A DNA stretch of 63,841 bases, filler included, from Octopus bimaculoides (Eukaryota): the NCBI RefSeq assembly GCF_001194135.2. It is 4 parts of 4 records of this genome, joined end to end, with 100 filler letters (N's around TTAATTAATTAA, not from the genome) between each part and the next. Parts side by side here need not be neighbours in the genome. Positions count along the whole stretch, not along the records: positions 62,199 to 63,841 come from NC_068985.1; 3 more parts are not named here. The stretch is one strand, 5' to 3'. The notes under the pieces are model-generated. The model was not told the origin of the DNA and made no database searches. It saw only the letters and a program-made list of their open reading frames with translations. Below, piece by piece: positions 63,087-63,841 of this stretch (its first letter is position 1; every line of letters begins with the position of its first letter). A program made the translations under genes and the position numbers.

Positions 63087-63116
63087 ACACGAGGGCGTGG
63101 TACATGCTAAGTATTA

Positions 63117-63180
63117 CCAGACGCTCAGGGAAGGAAAGGAAGTTTGATTTTACGTTTCGAGCAAAGCTCTACGTTAGAAA
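63117..63180 (-). ncRNA. Decayed hammerhead-like motif (Penelope-like)
   Basis: CUAACGU-A-GAGC-UUU-GCUC-GAAA-CG...CG-UC: two substitutions from CUGACGA; helix II, GAAAC and a GUC triplet are retained. Confidence 0.35.
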
Positions 63181-63841
63181 CATGAGACGGGGCAAAGTCA
63201 AAGAGAAAAGGATGACGGAGTAAAAAAAATCGCCAACGATCCACATCTAGTTACATTATGAAATGTTATACATATACATACATACATATATACATACGTA
63301 CATAGTGTATATACATATATAGTGCATATAGTGCACATTCAAACTACTATACTATTAAGGTGTTGATTCTTCGATGTTCTACCATGTTGCGTCTTTGAAA
63401 ATGTTATTTTATTAAGCGTTGTTATTTTCCTTAGTTACATCAAGAGAATTTATCTAAAAACAGAAAAGAATGAAACACAGACGACACACACGAGCTCAGC
63501 CCTTATCGACCATCGATCAGCATCTTCAGAATGGAAATGCTGAAAAATCATTACCACGCCTACGAGTCAATTATCGGGTTTTATCCAAGACAGGAATGAA
63601 ATAAGTGACGGGCTAATACGGGTCAACTAAATAACTAGGATTCCCCTACGTTTACATTTAAACCATCGAGGCGCAACTCCAAGACATGCAACTGAAGGAA
63701 GCGCAATCATGTTCTTTGCTGAAAGACGAACACACGAGCGCAAGAGGGACAATTCGAATATACAAACTACGTATTGTGCACTACAATACAATGAGTATAC
63801 CATGCGACCGCACACAGGCGAATAGTGGTATATGCATGAAT

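Overview
AT-rich, microsatellite-dense, gapped eukaryotic DNA. The SINE/RTE/mariner repertoire looks like a coleoid cephalopod (Octopus); this is inferred from recalled repeat families, not a database hit. The only securely identifiable host coding sequence is one 231-nt exon (13191-13421, +) encoding the PAS core of the eag domain of an ERG-type (KCNH2/6/7-like) K+ channel, so most of the window is probably intron of that gene. Two further exon-like segments (57762-57862, 60485-60539) and a motif-rich promoter-like island (~32.9-33.2 kb) lie on the same strand. The rest is mobile DNA: a dead Tx1/L1 LINE, RTE pieces, an R4/Dong fragment, three mariner/maT fossils, a hAT transposase fossil, several MITEs and dozens of tRNA-derived SINEs. 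The least expected signals are a near-complete minimal hammerhead-ribozyme fold on the channel sense strand (25030-25164), a B-box-headed element ending in a hammerhead-like fold (59034-59240), further decayed hammerhead-like motifs, and a GG-ended, 8-bp-TSD element with inverted telomeric repeats nested in a DD37D transposase. Three artificial N44-TTAATTAATTAA-N44 spacers show that the window joins four source scaffolds, so long-range adjacency is uncertain. Nearly all long ORFs in the supplied track are microsatellite or N artefacts. Repeat boundaries are approximate.
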